DNA of 20,000 nt. It comes from an uncultured virus (IMG/VR IMGVR_UViG_3300005098_000001). Taxonomy: Duplodnaviria > Heunggongvirae > Uroviricota > Caudoviricetes. Positions 16,453 to 20,000 of this stretch are shown piece by piece. The DNA lies in IMG/VR virus record IMGVR_UViG_3300005098_000001; one strand, written 5' to 3'. Each line of letters opens with the position of its first letter. Position 1 is the stretch's first letter. The translations under genes and the position numbers were made by a program. The notes beneath the pieces were generated by a model. That model saw only the letters and a list, made by a program, of their open reading frames with translations, was not told where the DNA came from and searched no databases.

Positions 16453-18884
16453 ATATAGACGAACGACTAGAAAAGATTGGAAAAGGATTAGAGGAAACAA
16501 GAGATTTAAGAATTATTCTACAATTGACAATAGGAACAATCAATAGGTATTTTACAGACTCTGAAAACGTAATTGACCTAAAAGGAACCTATTGTGAACC
16601 AAGGATTGTAGATTTTTCTCCTTTAAATGAAAGTTATAATCCAGAGAATCTCGAATTTCAAATAAGTGATATGTCAGTAGATTTAGCCAATGGAGACTTA
16701 TACTTTTCCAAACATCCTTTTAACCATCAAATGTTAATTGGAGCAACCGGAAAGTTATATATTGGTTATGAAGATATAGAATTTGAAAATTGGAGATGTA
16801 TTATAGATGGAAAAGTCAATAAAGTAGTTTGGCAAAATTTACTTTTTAAAGTTAATATTAGTGATTCATTAAAAAAATTAGATAGATTAATTCCAGATTA
16901 TACATTAGGAACTTCAGAATTTCCAGAATTAGACAGAGATTACATAGGAAAATCACTTCCTTATTTTTATGGAGATTGGACAGGAGGAACAACCTCTTTT
17001 GTAGAAATTCTAATGGGAACAGAAACCTTAAGAGGAAATTGGGCAGGAACATATTGGTCAAGTGGAGGTGGTCATATCTTAGATCATTACCAAGGAACTT
17101 TGAGAATAAGTCCTACTGGATTTAATTGGGATATTGGAACAATTGCTCCAGGAACAAGATTTTTATGTCTAAAGCAATTTGGAAATAAAGTCTTTTTAGG
17201 TGACAATAAAGGGAATGTCTATTCTTTTTCAGATCCCAGGATGAGAACCTTAGAAAAAGTTCATGTTGGAACTTATAGTTATTACGCCGATAATTGGATT
17301 CAGACAATGGAGGAAAAGCCAATTTTAGGAACAAGCCATCTCTTTGTAGGAGTTGGAAAAGCTTTATTAAAAACTTTAGATGGAGAGAACTTTGAAGAGG
17401 TCTGGAAGTTTGAAGGTAGAATATCGAAAATGAAAACAAGTAAGGATAAAAAATATCTTTATGTAGCAATTGACACTCCTAGGAGTATCTTGGCTTCCGA
17501 ATCAGGAACACATAACTGGCAAAATATAACTGGAACTACTACTTATTATTTTTGGGATGCAACTATTTTTGGAACTAGCACTTACTTTGCCGCAGACGGA
17601 GGAAATGTTTTTAGGATTACAGGAACAAATGTTGAAGTTCAAAATTTAGAGTATTGGAGGAGTGTCAAACATATTATAAGTAGTTATAAATATCTATATG
17701 CAATAAGCGAATATATGTTAAATTACAAAGCATATATCTGGAGATATGGAGGAGATAAGTGGGAAAAGATAATGGTAAAAGAACATCCATTTCATACCCT
17801 CTTATTTTTCAAAAATAAAGTTTTTACTGGGGCTTATGTCTTATATAGAGAACCAACTTATCCAGGCGGTAAATTTGAAGCAATACCAATTTCTAATGAT
17901 AGAAGAAAATTTATCCTTTCAAGAAGATACATAAATAAAGCTGATATATGGATTGGTAAATGCCAATTAAAAAGTTATTATACAATTGAACATGGTACTC
18001 TCTATAATTTTGGAACTAAAGTTCTTACATATTTAAGAATTCTTGATGATATAACAGATGATGAAATTGGAACTAAGATAGTTACATTTAATCCTTGTTG
18101 TTGTGAGTATGGAACAGTTGCTCCTGATATACTTAAAGATATTTTGGTTTCAAATGAATTAGGAGCTTTTGGAACTGCCGGGACTTCCTTTGATGTTTCT
18201 AAAACAAATTTCCCAAATTCTAGTCTTAATGTATACATTACTAAACAGATTAGATTAGGGGAATTAATTAGTGATATAGCAAGACAAAATTATGGTGTAG
18301 TCTATTTTGAAGGAGGTCGTCCTGAATTTAAGATCTTAAAAGATTTAGAAGAAGAATCAAGCTCAAAGGAAATAAATAAAGATGAAATATTAGAGTTTCA
18401 ATTAGAAAGAAGTATTGATGTTATTACAAATGAAGTAAAAGTTTATTATAATTATAATGAAATACAGAAAGTTTATAGATCGCTTTTGACACTTTTAGGA
18501 ACCAATGCTTATTTAGAATATGGAATTAAGCAATCAATGATACTCCATGGAAGATATTTAGTAGATGATTCTTGGGCATTAAATGTTGCAAGAAGATGGC
18601 TTAATGCGTTACAGGTTGGTTATTATAAACTTTCTCTCTCTCTACCTTTAAAGTTTTGTACTTTGGGTCTGGGAGACGTAATTTCAATTACTTATGATGA
18701 AGGAGTATCAAGAGAAGGAGGCTTCAATAATAAAAAATTTAGAATTTACTCGATTAAAAAAGATTTTTCCAGCTTTAGAACAGATATAGAAGCTTTTTCA
18801 CCAATAGAGATGTATCCATTAAGGGAAGATTATCCAACAATGTTAAGTTGGAATGAGCATGTAGTAATAGGAGGAACTACATGA
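16449..18884 (+). CDS. Putative tail tip/baseplate hub protein with inserted beta-propeller
   Basis: ATGA overlap with upstream gene; hub-like N-terminus (SVDLANGD.YF, IIDGKV, GKSLPYFYGD) and C-terminus (NEVKVYY, YG......YL.D...A...ARRWL, LGLGDVISIT, FRIYSI); central blade-like repeats. Confidence 0.65.
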   Translation: MNIDERLEKIGKGLEETRDLRIILQLTIGTINRYFTDSENVIDLKGTYCEPRIVDFSPLNESYNPENLEFQISDMSVDLANGDLYFSKHPFNHQMLIGATGKLYIGYEDIEFENWRCIIDGKVNKVVWQNLLFKVNISDSLKKLDRLIPDYTLGTSEFPELDRDYIGKSLPYFYGDWTGGTTSFVEILMGTETLRGNWAGTYWSSGGGHILDHYQGTLRISPTGFNWDIGTIAPGTRFLCLKQFGNKVFLGDNKGNVYSFSDPRMRTLEKVHVGTYSYYADNWIQTMEEKPILGTSHLFVGVGKALLKTLDGENFEEVWKFEGRISKMKTSKDKKYLYVAIDTPRSILASESGTHNWQNITGTTTYYFWDATIFGTSTYFAADGGNVFRITGTNVEVQNLEYWRSVKHIISSYKYLYAISEYMLNYKAYIWRYGGDKWEKIMVKEHPFHTLLFFKNKVFTGAYVLYREPTYPGGKFEAIPISNDRRKFILSRRYINKADIWIGKCQLKSYYTIEHGTLYNFGTKVLTYLRILDDITDDEIGTKIVTFNPCCCEYGTVAPDILKDILVSNELGAFGTAGTSFDVSKTNFPNSSLNVYITKQIRLGELISDIARQNYGVVYFEGGRPEFKILKDLEEESSSKEINKDEILEFQLERSIDVITNEVKVYYNYNEIQKVYRSLLTLLGTNAYLEYGIKQSMILHGRYLVDDSWALNVARRWLNALQVGYYKLSLSLPLKFCTLGLGDVISITYDEGVSREGGFNNKKFRIYSIKKDFSSFRTDIEAFSPIEMYPLREDYPTMLSWNEHVVIGGTT

Positions 18885-20000
18885 GGTATCGTTTTGCAGG
18901 AGTTTACTTGGCACAGAAAGGAGATCAACTGACCTCTGTTCCTTATGCAAAAGTTTCGATTTATCTTGCTGGATCGACTACTCCTGCAACTATATATACA
19001 ACTGCTGAAGGACCTAATTATATTTCTCAAACTCCACAGCTTACTACAAATAGATATGGTGAGTTTGAATTTTACATAGATGAAAATGATTATTCCGGAA
19101 CCCAAAAATTTAAGATTGTCTGTGAAAAGCCAGGATATGAAACAAAGACATGGGATAATGTAGCAATTCTTCCTTTAGTATCTGAAATTGACAATATTAG
19201 AGGAATTCCAGTTACAGGTCTTGAAGGAACAATCCAGCCCTCAGATCTTTTACATTATCAAGGGACAAAATTTGTTCCTAATAACATAGATGAGCTATTA
19301 GGAGATTATTATGATCCTTCTGTAAATGATTTTCTTTGGTACGATGGAACTCATTTTATTGGAACACAATATAGTGTTGGAGGCGGAGGAGGAACTTGTG
19401 ATGCTGATTATATTAAGGGGATTCCTGTCACAGGCCTCGAAGGAACGATCCAACCTTCAGATTTATTACATTACCAAGGAACAAAATTTGTTCCTAATAA
19501 TATAGATGAATTGCTGGAAAATTATTATAACCCTTCAGCAAATGATTTTCTCTGGTATGATGGGACTAAATTTGTAGGAACACAATACAGTACTGGTGGA
19601 GGTGGTGGTGGAACTTGCGATGCCGATTACATTAAAGGAATAGAAATAATAGAACTTCAAGGGACAATTCAGTCTTCAGATCTACTTTATTATGAAGGAA
19701 CTAAGTTTTCAATTAGGAATGTAGATGAAGCATTAAAGGAATATTACAACCCTCAGCAAAAAGATCTAATAATTTATTTTGGAACTCAAGGTACTAATTT
19801 TCAAGTAAAACATATAGATAGTGTTCTAAGGGATTATTATAATCCTTCTGATAAGGAACTTTTGAAGTACGATCAATCAGGTAGTGCCTTTCAATTAAGA
19901 AATATAAATGAAATATTAAGGGATTATTATAATCCTTCTGATAAGGAACTTTTGAAGTACGATCAATCAGGTAGTGCCTTTCAATTAAGAAATATAAATG
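18881..20000 (+). CDS. Virion fibre protein with tandem repeats, 3'-truncated (not in ORF track)
   Basis: AGGAGGA SD and ATGA overlap; open to window end (373 codons). N-terminus AKVSIYLAGSTTPATIY...LTTNRYGEFEFYID resembles fibre/tailspike attachment domains; then P..D.L.Y.GT.F repeats and poly-Gly hinges. Confidence 0.8.
   Translation, partial: MRYRFAGVYLAQKGDQLTSVPYAKVSIYLAGSTTPATIYTTAEGPNYISQTPQLTTNRYGEFEFYIDENDYSGTQKFKIVCEKPGYETKTWDNVAILPLVSEIDNIRGIPVTGLEGTIQPSDLLHYQGTKFVPNNIDELLGDYYDPSVNDFLWYDGTHFIGTQYSVGGGGGTCDADYIKGIPVTGLEGTIQPSDLLHYQGTKFVPNNIDELLENYYNPSANDFLWYDGTKFVGTQYSTGGGGGGTCDADYIKGIEIIELQGTIQSSDLLYYEGTKFSIRNVDEALKEYYNPQQKDLIIYFGTQGTNFQVKHIDSVLRDYYNPSDKELLKYDQSGSAFQLRNINEILRDYYNPSDKELLKYDQSGSAFQLRNIN
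19196..19826 (+). repeat. Coding repeat, 216-219 bp (72-73 aa) period, two close copies and one diverged
   Basis: Units begin I[RK]GI at 19196, 19412, 19631; GIPVTGLEGTIQPSDLLHYQGTKFVPNNIDELL is identical in units 1 and 2. Confidence 0.9.
19827..20000 (+). repeat. Exact tandem coding repeat, 90 bp (30 aa) period, runs off the window
   Basis: 19827-19910 is identical to 19917-20000 (84 nt); encodes RDYYNPSDKELLKYDQSGSAFQLRNIN. Confidence 0.95.

Noticed and set aside
2038..19105. All minus-strand ORFs in the track and the nested + strand 5691..5894 ORF
   Set aside because: They overlap longer, well-supported + strand genes or promoters, show no recognisable motifs, and have the F/L/S-rich composition expected of shadow frames.
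9647..19630. Diversity-generating retroelement TR/VR pairs (membrane paralogues or fibre repeats)
   Set aside because: Differences are largely synonymous and not adenine-specific; both copies are coding; no reverse transcriptase in the window.
1..20000. Stop-codon reassignment
   Set aside because: Long genes are intact under the standard code, and TAA, TAG and TGA all end genes at sensible boundaries.
14275..20000. GGAAC as a DNA-level repeated site (Chi-like or protein-binding) explaining the GT excess
   Set aside because: The motif tolerates all synonymous Gly and Thr codons and occurs mainly in the Gly-Thr frame, pointing to protein-level selection; GGA is simply a common Gly codon here.
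12500..20000. Apparent drop in G-over-C skew after the terminator (possible replication strand switch)
   Set aside because: Only an impression from a few lines and could reflect amino acid composition; needs a cumulative third-position skew plot.

Overview
AT-rich segment of a tailed dsDNA bacteriophage (siphovirus-like; bacterial sigma70 promoters and AGGAGG Shine-Dalgarno sites; standard genetic code). All supported genes are on the + strand. Order: tail tube (5'-truncated), tail assembly chaperone with a clear -1 frameshift signal, two tandem paralogous tape-measure-like genes, tail completion and terminator-like genes, a small Gly/Lys/Arg-rich ORF, an HNH nuclease, a cluster of small early-type genes behind a repeated promoter+RBS cassette and closed by an intrinsic terminator, an isolated terminase large subunit, a structured intergenic region, then distal-tail-like, tail hub-like and repeat-containing fibre genes (3'-truncated). 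The most unusual signal is a strong, directional Gly-Thr dipeptide enrichment confined to predicted surface-exposed virion proteins, a candidate signature of virion-wide post-translational modification. Family calls come from motif recognition by eye, and all counts are hand counts; no database searches were run.
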